A stretch of DNA of 64,000 nt from Gammaproteobacteria bacterium (GTDB taxonomy: Bacteria > Pseudomonadota > Gammaproteobacteria > Eutrophobiales > Eutrophobiaceae): NCBI GenBank assembly GCA_965243205.1, contig CBDEUK010000001.1, forward strand, positions 128,001-192,000. Reading direction: 5' to 3'. How positions within the stretch are numbered: position 1 is the first letter of the stretch; every line of letters begins with the position of its first letter. Positions 1-9,693 of this stretch are shown here, piece by piece. The notes below the pieces were generated by a model. It saw only the letters and a list, made by a program, of their open reading frames with translations. It did no database searches and had not been told where the DNA came from. The translations under genes and the position numbers were made by a program.

Positions 1-1
1 T

Positions 2-3000
2 GATGGCACTGGTATTAATGGTGTAAATTATACTTCAGTATCAGGTACAGTAAGTTTTACAAATGGTGAAAGCGGTTGTAAGACTATTCAAATTCCACTG
101 CTAGATAATAACCTTATTAACCCCGATTTTAATTTTTCTTTTAACTTAACCAATCCTGTTGGTGGTACTTCGTTATCTAATCAATCCCAAACTCAAGTAA
201 CCATTAATGATAACGAATCATTTTTAAATCTATCGTCTGCAACCAATAAAGACCGCTATCTACCTGGTGAAAATGTTACTTTAACTCTAACAGTCTCAAA
301 TAACTCTACAGCCTCTAACGCTACCACAGCACAAAATGTAGTTCTTACGAATACTCTACCTTCAGAATTAACATTTTCTTCTGTTCAAACAACACAAGGA
401 AGTTGTTCAGGTTCTCAAACACTTGTTTGTAATCTCGGAAGTATTGGAGTTGGTAACTCTGTAACTTTGACTCTAGTAGCAATAGGAACTTCGGAGCTAG
501 GTTCATTCACCGATACCATTTCTATTACAGCTGATCCAATAAACCAAGCAACAACTTTGTTATCAGAATCACAAACCATAACAATTGGCTTACCAACTGC
601 TCAAGAATATTTTCCAATAGTTCCTTTAACGACATACACCTATGTTGAAGAAGGCACTCCTCCACTGATTGAGACTGATATTGTACTACTTGATAAGGCA
701 AATATTAATGGTGTTGAAACAAATATTATTAAGGACGAAGATGGAGATACCACTTATTTTACAATTGATGATGATGGATATAAGGTTTACCGATATGACT
801 ATGCAGATGGTGATTCAATAGAATTTTCACCTGCACTCACCCTCATAAATGGTCAACCAACAATCGGCGAAAATTATAATTCATCCGGTATTGCCACCTA
901 TATTTATCCCGGCAATATAAGAGTTAATGCATCCTACAATCTCTCTTGCTCAATACCAAGAATAGAAAATGTCAGTGTATTATATGGGACATTTGATGCA
1001 TTAAGAATTGACTGTAATTTAGATATATCAGGATTTGTTTTAGGTACCTTCATTGAATCAAATGGTATATCCAGTGTTTGGATCGTTGAGGGTTTAGGGG
1101 AAGTATTAGAAATTGGGTCTGGAATAGGTAAAATTAATGGAAATATTACAGAAACATTTAATTCAAAAGAAGAACTACAATCTATAACGCCTCCACCAGA
1201 AATCACTTCGTTAAATCCAAACGTTCTAAATAGTGATACTGTTACTGTAAATTGGAATCAAAATATCAGTTTTGCTACAAACTGGGTTGTCACGGCTGGC
1301 ACTTCCAATGTCGCAGGACCTGCAGCTTATAATATCTTACTCCCGGCTCACGCTGGGCCTACAGCCACCAGTCAAACCTTATCTGGCTTACCAATCGATG
1401 GCAGTTCGTTTTACATTAATCTCTATGCACTAATTAATGGAAACTGGAGTATCGTAAGTTCCATCAGTGTCAATGCTTTTGATGCTCCATCACCAGAAAT
1501 CACTACACCAGATCCCGGTACTCTTGGTAGTGGCTCAGTGACTGTGAACTGGAATGCCAATGGCAATACCCCTGACAACTGGGTCGTTACCGCCGGTACT
1601 TCCAATGTCGCAGGACCATCAGCTTATAACTTATTACTTCCAGAACACGCAGGACCATCAGCCACCAGTCAAACCTTATCTGGCTTACCAGTCGATGGCA
1701 GTTCGTTTTATATCAACCTTTATGCATTAGAGAATGGAGTGTGGAGTATTGTTGACTCGACTTCCGTCACTGCCTTCACGGCTCCGCAACCGGCCATTAC
1801 CTCTCCTACCGGTAGCAGTACTCTGACCAGCGGTTCAGTGACCGTGAACTGGAATCCGAATGGCAATACCCCCGACAACTGGGTCGTTACCGCAGGCACC
1901 TCTAATGTCGCAGGCACCGCTGCCTATAACATCGCGTTACCAACTGTCTTAGATACCAGTGCGACCAGTCAGACTCTGACCGGTCTGCCGATCGATGGCT
2001 CTGGTTTTTACATTAACTTATATGCCTTTGAGAATGGGGCATGGTCAATCAAAGATTCGATTTCAGTCACCGCTTTCACGGCTCCGCAACCGGCCATTAC
2101 CTCACCCACCGGTGGCAGTACTCTGACCAGCGGTTCAGTGACCGTGAACTGGAATGCCAATGGCAATACCCCCGACAATTGGGTCGTTACCGCAGGCACC
2201 TCTAATGTTGCAGGACCTGCAGCTTATAACATTCTTTTACCTTCGGTGGTTGGTACCAGTGCCACCAGTCAGACTTTAACTGGTCTGCCGATCGATGGCT
2301 CTGGCTTTTACATTAACTTATACGCCTTTGAGAATGGGGCATGGTCAATCAAAGATTCGATTTCCGTCACCGCTTTCACGGCTCCGCAACCGGCCATTAC
2401 CTCACCGACCGGTGGCAGCACTCTGGCCAGTAGCTCGGTCACAGTGAACTGGAATGCCAATGGCAATACCCCCGACAATTGGGTCGTTACCGCAGGCACC
2501 TCTAATGTTGCAGGCACCGCCGCCTATAACATCGCGTTACCAACTGTCTTAGATACCAGTGCGACCAGTCAGACTCTGACCGGTCTGCCGATCGATGGCT
2601 CTGGCTTTTACATTAACTTATACGCCTTTGAGAATGGGGCATGGTCAATCAAAGATTCGACTTCAGTCACTGCCTTCACGGCTCCCCAACCGGCCATTAC
2701 CTCACCGACCGGTGGCAGTACTCTGACCAGCGGTTCAGTGACCGTGAACTGGAATCCGAATGGCAATACCCCCGACAACTGGGTCGTTACCGCAGGCACC
2801 TCTAATGTTGCAGGCACCGCTGCCTATAACATCGCGTTACCAACTGTCTTAGATACTAGTGCGACCAGTCAGACTCTGACCGGTCTGCCGATCGATGGCT
2901 CTGGCTTTTACATTAACTTATACGCCTTTGAGAATGGGGCATGGTCAATCAAAGATTCGATTTCAGTCACCGCTTTCACGGCTCCGCAACCGGCCATTAC

Positions 3001-3679
3001 CTCACCCACCGGTGGCAGTACTCTGACCAGCGGTTCAGTGACCGTGAACTGGAATGCCAATGGCAATACCCCAGAGAACTGGGTCGTAACCGCTGGCACG
3101 TCCAATGTCGCAGGACCATCAGCTTATAACTTATTACTCCCGGCTCATGCGGGGCCAGCAGCCACCAGCCAAACCTTATCTGGCTTACCTACCGATGGCA
3201 GGTCGTTCTATATCAATCTATATGCATTAGAGAACGGGGCGTGGAGTATTGTTGACTCGATTTCAATCACCGCTCCAGCATGGATCTCAGGCACGTTCAA
3301 TGTTTCTGGATCTTTTTCATACTCTGGCTGCTCTAATCCATCATTGAATGTAACCCGATCATTCACAGGTACTTATAGCTCAAATGCTCAAGATGGTAAT
3401 TCTTATAGTGGTTACTTATCTTTAACCACACTCAATGGCTTCAACCTGGCGGCTCAAGGCTTAGCCGTTAACTCATCATTCTCGGGAACTCACAGTCAAA
3501 CGAATGCATCGGGCAGTTACACCTTAGATGCTTATGGGCAAGGAGCTTTACAATCGAGAAATCAAGGAAACTTCAGTGGCAATTTATCTGGCAACTCTAT
3601 TTCTGTCAGTGGCTCTGGAAATGATGTCTTTGGCGAAACCTGCTCTATTAACTATAACTTCTCTGGACCTAGACAGTAG
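2..3679 (+). CDS. Large secreted/surface protein, 5'-truncated by the window edge: Calx-beta-like domain, DUF11-like domain, a beta-rich domain, 7 tandem Ig/FN3-like repeats and a C-terminal beta domain
   Basis: Frame +2 is open from base 2, in frame with the 467 ORF. It reads DGTGINGVNYTSVSGTVSFTNGESGCKTIQIPLLDN...VTINDNE (Calx-beta-like), then PGENVTLTLTVSN...AQNVVLTNTLPSELTFSSV...CNLGSIGVG (DUF11-like). Stop at 3679. Confidence 0.85.
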   Translation, partial: DGTGINGVNYTSVSGTVSFTNGESGCKTIQIPLLDNNLINPDFNFSFNLTNPVGGTSLSNQSQTQVTINDNESFLNLSSATNKDRYLPGENVTLTLTVSNNSTASNATTAQNVVLTNTLPSELTFSSVQTTQGSCSGSQTLVCNLGSIGVGNSVTLTLVAIGTSELGSFTDTISITADPINQATTLLSESQTITIGLPTAQEYFPIVPLTTYTYVEEGTPPLIETDIVLLDKANINGVETNIIKDEDGDTTYFTIDDDGYKVYRYDYADGDSIEFSPALTLINGQPTIGENYNSSGIATYIYPGNIRVNASYNLSCSIPRIENVSVLYGTFDALRIDCNLDISGFVLGTFIESNGISSVWIVEGLGEVLEIGSGIGKINGNITETFNSKEELQSITPPPEITSLNPNVLNSDTVTVNWNQNISFATNWVVTAGTSNVAGPAAYNILLPAHAGPTATSQTLSGLPIDGSSFYINLYALINGNWSIVSSISVNAFDAPSPEITTPDPGTLGSGSVTVNWNANGNTPDNWVVTAGTSNVAGPSAYNLLLPEHAGPSATSQTLSGLPVDGSSFYINLYALENGVWSIVDSTSVTAFTAPQPAITSPTGSSTLTSGSVTVNWNPNGNTPDNWVVTAGTSNVAGTAAYNIALPTVLDTSATSQTLTGLPIDGSGFYINLYAFENGAWSIKDSISVTAFTAPQPAITSPTGGSTLTSGSVTVNWNANGNTPDNWVVTAGTSNVAGPAAYNILLPSVVGTSATSQTLTGLPIDGSGFYINLYAFENGAWSIKDSISVTAFTAPQPAITSPTGGSTLASSSVTVNWNANGNTPDNWVVTAGTSNVAGTAAYNIALPTVLDTSATSQTLTGLPIDGSGFYINLYAFENGAWSIKDSTSVTAFTAPQPAITSPTGGSTLTSGSVTVNWNPNGNTPDNWVVTAGTSNVAGTAAYNIALPTVLDTSATSQTLTGLPIDGSGFYINLYAFENGAWSIKDSISVTAFTAPQPAITSPTGGSTLTSGSVTVNWNANGNTPENWVVTAGTSNVAGPSAYNLLLPAHAGPAATSQTLSGLPTDGRSFYINLYALENGAWSIVDSISITAPAWISGTFNVSGSFSYSGCSNPSLNVTRSFTGTYSSNAQDGNSYSGYLSLTTLNGFNLAAQGLAVNSSFSGTHSQTNASGSYTLDAYGQGALQSRNQGNFSGNLSGNSISVSGSGNDVFGETCSINYNFSGPRQ
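1190..3274 (+). repeat. Intragenic tandem array of 7 units of about 297-300 bp (99-100 aa)
   Basis: Units start near 1190, 1487, 1784, 2084, 2384, 2684 and 2984. Each carries VTVNWN...NWVVTAGTSNVAG...GLPxDGxxFYINLYA. Units 3-6 are nearly identical at DNA level. Confidence 0.95.
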
Positions 3680-3796
3680 TTCGAGAACTATATTCGGTAT
3701 GAAATTTCATCATTTACATGGATGAATTTTAATTACTTAAAATGACAGCAAGATGAAATTTTTTGTTACGTGAAAGGTAAAAGCCATTGATTGAAA

Positions 3797-3872
3797 TGGC
3801 GTCCCCAAGGGGATTCGAACCCCTGTTGCCGCCGTGAAAGGGCAGTGTCCTAGGCCTCTAGACGATGGGGAC
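3797..3872 (-). tRNA. tRNA-Glu (anticodon TTC)
   Basis: Reverse complement is GTCCCCATCGTCTAGAGGCCTAGGACACTGCCCTTTCACGGCGGCAACAGGGGTTCGAATCCCCTTGGGGACGCCA: 76 nt, encoded CCA. Confidence 0.97.
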
Positions 3873-3904
3873 AATATAAGAATTGCCGTTTTTTCTGCAG
3901 TATT

Positions 3905-3980
3905 TGGTGGAGCCAGGCGGGATCGAACCGCCGACCTCTACACTGCCAGTGTAGCGCTCTCCCAGCTGAGCTATGGCCCC
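3905..3980 (-). tRNA. tRNA-Ala (anticodon GGC)
   Basis: Reverse complement is GGGGCCATAGCTCAGCTGGGAGAGCGCTACACTGGCAGTGTAGAGGTCGGCGGTTCGATCCCGCCTGGCTCCACCA: 76 nt, G3:U70 pair, encoded CCA. Confidence 0.97.
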
Positions 3981-4049
3981 AAACCGATCAACGGCTACGG
4001 AATCAAGCTCTCCAACCAAGCCAATTGTTAATTGACCCTGTAGCAGAAA

Positions 4050-4085
4050 GCGGTGCAATGTACGTGACAGCAGGCTTGCTGTCAA
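4050..4085 (-). promoter_or_regulatory. Sigma-70 promoter for the tRNA-Ala/tRNA-Glu operon with GC-rich discriminator
   Basis: Minus strand reads TTGACA (4085-4080), 17 bp, TACATT (4062-4057), then GCACCGC. Confidence 0.75.
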
Positions 4086-4086
4086 G

Positions 4087-5487
4087 CTATGCCGCAGCCC
4101 TTTTTTTAATAAATTCCAATGCCTTATCCAACCTCTGTAACGTCCTGTCTTTACCAATAAATTCCAAGGTAATATCAATGCTTGGAGACATGCCCGTACC
4201 CGTTACAGCGACGCGCAAAGGCTGACCAACCTTGCCCATTCCTAAGTCAAATTCATCGGCAGTGCTTTGAATTGCTTGATGGATTTTTTCAGATAGCCAG
4301 TCATCCATTCCTCGTAAGGTTTGCTGTAATTTTTCCAATGGTTCAAGTACCACTGGTCGTAGGTGTTTCTTGGCCGCATTGGCATCAAATTCATCAAAGT
4401 CCTGATAGAAACAACGGCTCTGTTCAACAAAATCATTTAATGTTTTACAACGTTCTTTCAATACATCGACAAGCAAGCTTAATTCAGGCCCGTTAGAAAG
4501 ATCATAATTAAATAAAGGTTTAACTAAATTTGTTAAATCTTCATTATCATAACTATTGATGTATTGTTGATTGAGCCATATCAATTTATCCGGGTTGATC
4601 GCAGCCGCTGATTTATTTACGTCTTTCAGATCAAATAATTTAATCATCTCATCAATAGAAAAGATTTCCTGATCACCATGTGACCAGCCCAAGCGGACTA
4701 AATAGTTTAATAACGCTTCAGGTAAAATACCTTCATCTCGATATTGCAATACACTTGCTGCGCCATCTCGCTTCGAAAGTTTCTTTCCGTCAGGCCCGAG
4801 TATCATTGGAACATGTGCATAGTTGGGAATATCTGCACTAAGCGCAGAAAGGATATTCATTTGTCGAGGCGTATTATTTAAATGATCATCGCCACGAATA
4901 ATATCAGTTACACCCATATCCATATCATCAATAGCTACAGTCAAATTATATGTTGGAGTACCATCGGAACGAGCAATGATTAAATCATCCAATTCAGAAT
5001 TGTTAAATACGACCTCTCCTTGAATTAGATCATTTACAACCACTTCACCATCTAATGGATTTTTAAAACGGATGACAGGGTCAATACCTTCAGGTGGTGT
5101 TTCATTATTATCTCGCCAATAACCGTTGTAGCGAGGTTTTTCACCTTTTGCCATGGCCGCTTCGCGCATAGCATCAACTTCTTCCTTAGTACAGTAACAG
5201 TAATAAGCATTTCCTTGCTCTAATAATTGTTGAATGATTTCTTTATATCTATCGAAACGAGCGGTTTGAAAAATAGGTTCGTTATCTGCTGTTAAACCTA
5301 ACCATTGCATACCTTGCAAGATAACATCCACGGCTTCATCCGTTGAACGTTCGCGGTCAGTATCCTCAATGCGTAAAATAAATTCGCCTTTATTTTTTTT
5401 TGCGATTAACCAAGAAAATAAAGCTGTACGAATACCGCCAATGTGCAGCATACCTGTTGGGCTGGGAGCAAAACGAGTTTTAGTCAT
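4087..5487 (-). CDS. gltX: Glutamate--tRNA ligase
   Basis: [12 protein letters not shown] (HIGH-like), IRGDDH and KLSKR motifs. Followed by tRNA-Ala and tRNA-Glu. Confidence 0.97.
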   Translation of the reverse strand: MTKTRFAPSPTGMLHIGGIRTALFSWLIAKKNKGEFILRIEDTDRERSTDEAVDVILQGMQWLGLTADNEPIFQTARFDRYKEIIQQLLEQGNAYYCYCTKEEVDAMREAAMAKGEKPRYNGYWRDNNETPPEGIDPVIRFKNPLDGEVVVNDLIQGEVVFNNSELDDLIIARSDGTPTYNLTVAIDDMDMGVTDIIRGDDHLNNTPRQMNILSALSADIPNYAHVPMILGPDGKKLSKRDGAASVLQYRDEGILPEALLNYLVRLGWSHGDQEIFSIDEMIKLFDLKDVNKSAAAINPDKLIWLNQQYINSYDNEDLTNLVKPLFNYDLSNGPELSLLVDVLKERCKTLNDFVEQSRCFYQDFDEFDANAAKKHLRPVVLEPLEKLQQTLRGMDDWLSEKIHQAIQSTADEFDLGMGKVGQPLRVAVTGTGMSPSIDITLEFIGKDRTLQRLDKALEFIKKRAAA

Positions 5488-5501
5488 TATAAAATTCTTC
5501 T

Positions 5502-6146
5502 TTATAGGTCAGGGAAAACCCAAGGTGTTATACACTTCTGACGCTGCTCATAGGCTTTTATATCATCAGCGTATTGGAGAGTAATACCAATATCATCTAA
5601 ACCTTTTAATAAACGGTTTTTTGATTCTGCGTTCACATCAAACGAAAAAACTTTATCACTTGGTTTTGTAATGGTTTGTTGTTCTAAATCAATAGCTAAC
5701 TTATAACCTTCGACTGTTTTAACATCATTAAATAACTCATCTACTACCGCTTCAGGCTGCGTGATCAATAACAAACCATTTTTAAACGCATTACTAAAAA
5801 ATATATCCGCAAAGCTTGTTCCGATAATACATTTAATACCAAAATCTTCTAACGCCCAAACTGCATGTTCACGAGAAGAACCGCAACCAAAATTTTCACG
5901 CGTTAATAAAATTTCTGTTCCTGAATAACGTGCTTGATTCAAAATAAAATCTGAATTTAAACGACGATGCGATTGATCACTATCGGGTAAACCTGGATCA
6001 AGATAACGATCTTCATCAAATAAATTAGGGCCAAAACCTGAACGCTTGATCGATTTTAAGTATTGTTTTGGAATGATCGCATCAGTATCAACATTAGGCC
6101 GATCAATCGGGGCTACTAAGCCAGTAAAATTGGTAAACGCTTTCAT
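5502..6146 (-). CDS. leuD: 3-isopropylmalate dehydratase small subunit
   Basis: [13 protein letters not shown] and [11 protein letters not shown] motifs. Likely start is the ATG at 6146 (MKAFTNF), not 6191. Confidence 0.96.
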   Translation of the reverse strand: MKAFTNFTGLVAPIDRPNVDTDAIIPKQYLKSIKRSGFGPNLFDEDRYLDPGLPDSDQSHRRLNSDFILNQARYSGTEILLTRENFGCGSSREHAVWALEDFGIKCIIGTSFADIFFSNAFKNGLLLITQPEAVVDELFNDVKTVEGYKLAIDLEQQTITKPSDKVFSFDVNAESKNRLLKGLDDIGITLQYADDIKAYEQRQKCITPWVFPDL

Positions 6147-6147
6147 T

Positions 6148-7542
6148 TTATAATTCTCTAATATCAACAAAGTGGCCAGCAATTGCAGCACCTGCCGCCA
6201 TAGCAGGGCTAACTAAATGAGTACGACCACCTAAACCTTGTCGGCCTTCAAAATTACGATTGGATGTAGATGCACAACGTTCTCCTGGTTCAAGTTGATC
6301 AGGATTCATACCTAAACACATAGAACAACCAGGCTCACGCCATTCAAAACCTGCCGCGGTAAAAATTTCATCCAAGCCTTCTTCTTCGGCTTGTTGTTTT
6401 ACTAAACCCGAACCAGGTACCACCATAGCCAATTTCACATTCGACGCTACAGAATGACCTTTTGCTATCTCAGCTGCTTCGCGTAAATCTTCAATTCGTG
6501 AGTTTGTGCATGAACCGATAAATACTTTATCGATAGGAATTTCATTGATTGCGGTACCTGCTGTTAAATCCATGTAGTTTAAAGCACGTTGAATACCTTC
6601 TTGTTTTACATCATCTGATTCTGACTGCGGGTTAGGTACGACATCATTAATCGTTGCGACCTGTTCCGGAGATGTACCCCAAGTAACATGCGGTAAAATT
6701 TGGCTACCATCAATATTCACTTCTTTATCAAACTGCGCATTATTATCACTTACAAATTGCTGCCAATACTTAACCGCCTGTTCCCATTCATCACCTTTTG
6801 GCGTGAATGGTCTACCTTTAACGTATTCAATGGTTTTATCATCGACTGCAACCATGCCTGCGCGTGCGCCAGCTTCGATAGCCATGTTACATACCGTCAT
6901 ACGACCTTCAATAGATAAATCACGAATCGCTTCGCCTGCAAACTCAATAGAGTAACCTGTGCCTCCAGCTGTACCAATCTCACCAATGATGGCTAAGACG
7001 ATATCTTTTGCGGAAATCCCTTTGCCAACTTTACCATTCACATTCACACGCATGTTCTTAGCTTTACGCAATACTAAGGTTTGTGTAGCAAGTGTGTGTT
7101 CGACTTCTGATGTGCCGATACCAAATGCTAATGCACCAAGCGCACCATTGGTTGAAGTATGTGAATCACCACAGACAATCGTCATCCCAGGTAAACACGC
7201 GCCTTGCTCAGGACCAATCACATGGACAATACCTTGTCTTGGATCAGTCATTTCAAATTTTGTAATACCGGTTTCTTTACAATTTTTATCTAGAGTTTCT
7301 AACTGCAATTTAGAAACAGGATCGCTAATGTTTTCACGGTCAACTGTAGGTACATTATGATCAGGTACTGCAAGACCTGCAGCAATGCGCCAAGGTTTAC
7401 GATTTGCCAGCTTTAAACCTTCAAAGGCTTGTGGTGATGTCACTTCATGAATTAAGTGACGATCAATATAGATCAATGCACTACCATCACCAAAATCTTT
7501 AACGGTGTGAGCATCCCATAATTTATCGTATAAAGTTTTCAC
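6148..7542 (-). CDS. leuC: 3-isopropylmalate dehydratase large subunit
   Basis: [26 protein letters not shown] and [12 protein letters not shown] motifs. Confidence 0.97.
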   Translation of the reverse strand: MKTLYDKLWDAHTVKDFGDGSALIYIDRHLIHEVTSPQAFEGLKLANRKPWRIAAGLAVPDHNVPTVDRENISDPVSKLQLETLDKNCKETGITKFEMTDPRQGIVHVIGPEQGACLPGMTIVCGDSHTSTNGALGALAFGIGTSEVEHTLATQTLVLRKAKNMRVNVNGKVGKGISAKDIVLAIIGEIGTAGGTGYSIEFAGEAIRDLSIEGRMTVCNMAIEAGARAGMVAVDDKTIEYVKGRPFTPKGDEWEQAVKYWQQFVSDNNAQFDKEVNIDGSQILPHVTWGTSPEQVATINDVVPNPQSESDDVKQEGIQRALNYMDLTAGTAINEIPIDKVFIGSCTNSRIEDLREAAEIAKGHSVASNVKLAMVVPGSGLVKQQAEEEGLDEIFTAAGFEWREPGCSMCLGMNPDQLEPGERCASTSNRNFEGRQGLGGRTHLVSPAMAAGAAIAGHFVDIREL

Positions 7543-7575
7543 TACGTCTTTCTCTTTTCTTTCAATACTAATTTT

Positions 7576-8568
7576 TTAATCACTAATTTTTACTAAAGTT
7601 CGCCCAGTGGTTTTACCATTTAACATATCATTAAAAACATTATCTAAATCCTCTAAGCCAACAATATTGGTTATAATTTTATCCAAATGATTAGGTGCCA
7701 GATCATTTGCCAAACGTTGCCAAATTGGTTCACGCCATTCACTAGGACATCCCGAAGAAGTGATACCGAGTAAACTAATCCCTCTTAATATGAATGGCAT
7801 CACTGTGGTATTCAAATGACTACCACTTGCTAAACCAACACTGGCAATATTGCCCCAAGGCATTACCGTTCTTGTTAACCACGTTAAAATATCACCACCA
7901 ACATTATCAATCGCCCCACCCCATTGACCTTTTTCCAGAGGAGCACCTTCTTTTGGAATCTCTTGGCGACGTAAAATTTCATGTGCGCCTAATTCTTTTA
8001 AAAATTCATCTTTTTCAGGCTTACCACTGACAGCAATCACTTCATAGCCAAGCCCTGAGAGCATATCTATTGCTAAAACACCTACTCCGCCGGTTGCACC
8101 TGTCACGACGATAGGACCTTTACTGGGATGTTGTCCATTACGTTCCATACGCTGAATACACAGAGCTGCAGTAAAACCAGCAGTACCAAGTGCCATAGCG
8201 GTATACGCATTTAGACCCTTAGGTCGTGGTACTAGCCATTCGGCGGGGACTCGGGCGTATTCTGCATAACCACCATCATGCGCTGTACCAAAATCGTATC
8301 CTGTGACTAATACTTTATCTCCAGGCTTAAATCGATCACTTTGCGATTCGACCACCTTACCAGCTGCATCGATACCCGGAATACGTTTATCACCGCGAAT
8401 GATTTTTCCTTTTCCAGTAGCTGCCAAAGCATCTTTATAGTTCACACTGGAATATTTTACTTTGACCAGTACATCTCCTACTGAGAGCTCTTCTAACTCT
8501 AATTGCTGAACAGAGCTGGTATAATTATCTTTTTTAGCATTTACGCGATAAGCGCGAAATGATTCCAT
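7576..8568 (-). CDS. YhdH/AcuI-family medium-chain reductase (acryloyl-CoA reductase-like)
   Basis: YSSVNYKDALA, PGIDAAG, VTGATGGVG and PFILRG motifs. The second ATG (MESF) follows a GGAG ribosome-binding site. Confidence 0.85.
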   Translation of the reverse strand: MESFRAYRVNAKKDNYTSSVQQLELEELSVGDVLVKVKYSSVNYKDALAATGKGKIIRGDKRIPGIDAAGKVVESQSDRFKPGDKVLVTGYDFGTAHDGGYAEYARVPAEWLVPRPKGLNAYTAMALGTAGFTAALCIQRMERNGQHPSKGPIVVTGATGGVGVLAIDMLSGLGYEVIAVSGKPEKDEFLKELGAHEILRRQEIPKEGAPLEKGQWGGAIDNVGGDILTWLTRTVMPWGNIASVGLASGSHLNTTVMPFILRGISLLGITSSGCPSEWREPIWQRLANDLAPNHLDKIITNIVGLEDLDNVFNDMLNGKTTGRTLVKISD

Positions 8569-8742
8569 AGAATGCTCCATAGAATGTTTACATTTTTGAC
8601 ATATTTACTTTTTTAATAACGCATGAAACAATCTGGCGCCCAAACTGACTAATAACAAGAATAATTATGCTGCGCCGTAAAAAAGGGGCTCATTCTACTT
8701 GAAGAACAATAAACTTACCAAGCCGAGAGCTAGGATTTAATT

Positions 8743-9249
8743 ATGAAAAAATTATTATTATTGATAACCATTCTCTTTAACACCGTTGCTAAAGCGGATT
8801 TCAATGACGGCGTGGTTGCTTACTTAACTGGTGACTATGACACCGCTTTCAATACGATGATGTCACTGGCTGATACAACTGATAATGCAATGGCTCAATA
8901 TTGGGTAGGAGTCATGTACCTTAAAGGTCAAGGCGTTGAACAAGACTATGAACAAGCAGGAGAATGGTTGCGTCGCTCGGCCATGCAATCTGTACCGAAT
9001 GCACAATATAAACTTGCTCAATTGTATTCAGAGGGTAAAGGTGTTCCTCAAGATAGCGAGTACGCCTATATTTGGTACAGCGTGGGATCATCCCATCAAC
9101 ACACCAAATCGACTAATGCGGTAGCAGATGCAAAAGCTCAATTGTCTGAAGAACAGTTAAAAGAAGCTGAAAAAGCAATTCCTGAATTTATTGAAAAGTT
9201 TGGGCCTAAACCTGAAGAAGATCCGAATGTAATTAAATCGAAAAATTAA
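8743..9249 (+). CDS. Secreted Sel1-repeat protein
   Basis: Signal peptide ending AKA-D, and two Sel1 repeats (AQYWVGVMYLKGQGVEQDY; AQYKLAQLYSEGKGVPQD). Confidence 0.9.
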   Translation: MKKLLLLITILFNTVAKADFNDGVVAYLTGDYDTAFNTMMSLADTTDNAMAQYWVGVMYLKGQGVEQDYEQAGEWLRRSAMQSVPNAQYKLAQLYSEGKGVPQDSEYAYIWYSVGSSHQHTKSTNAVADAKAQLSEEQLKEAEKAIPEFIEKFGPKPEEDPNVIKSKN

Positions 9250-9261
9250 TAAGAAAAATTT

Positions 9262-9603
9262 TTAAACGTACGTATCCAGAAACTGGCCTGACATTGAGTC
9301 GTTAGTGCCAGTTCCTCCCATTGTCTCCATCATCTGAAATAATACTGTACGCTTTTGGTAGCGTTCCATAACGTCTTCAAACTGTTGTTTATGCTGGAAA
9401 TTATTGGCTGAATTGAATACTTTATTTCGTTGATTTAACCGATTTATGTCTTCTGTAGTAGATTCTACAAATTTCGATTGCGCATGAGATCTATGGCCAG
9501 ATTCATTAAATCTAGATTGAACTCCATCATTACCTAAGTAAATTCGTGAATACGAATTAGAACTTTGGTTATTGATATAAACCGAAGACAAATTCCCCAC
9601 CAT
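9262..9603 (-). CDS. Hypothetical protein with C-terminal GQFLDTYV motif
   Basis: About 113-aa ORF downstream of the 596-aa gene on the same strand. No recognisable catalytic motif. Confidence 0.6.
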   Translation of the reverse strand: MVGNLSSVYINNQSSNSYSRIYLGNDGVQSRFNESGHRSHAQSKFVESTTEDINRLNQRNKVFNSANNFQHKQQFEDVMERYQKRTVLFQMMETMGGTGTNDSMSGQFLDTYV

Positions 9604-9693
9604 ACGCAATATTTAGTTTAATTATTCAGAATTAAACTAGTAGACAATGCTTAAAGGATCAAGTTTTATTAAAGTTTAAATTTAATTCAAAGA

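Noticed and set aside
934-3129. Series of short, similar ORFs, mostly antisense, that look like a paralog array
   Set aside because: They are shadows of the 300-bp repeats in the large plus-strand gene.
1190-3274. Regular repeats as a possible CRISPR array or DGR template/variable pair
   Set aside because: The units are in-frame 300-bp coding repeats with no unique spacers, the differences are not adenine-specific, and no cas or reverse transcriptase gene is present.
3528-4225. ORFs 3528-3725, 3834-4031, 3858-4178 and 4025-4225
   Set aside because: They overlap the tRNA genes, gltX or the end of the large gene, and show no protein-like motifs.
8590-8700. Possible leu/ilv attenuator upstream of acuI-leuCD (one frame reads IIILVI; GGCGC...GCGCC stem)
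   Set aside because: That frame has no start codon or RBS, no Leu run and no terminator hairpin with a U-tract.
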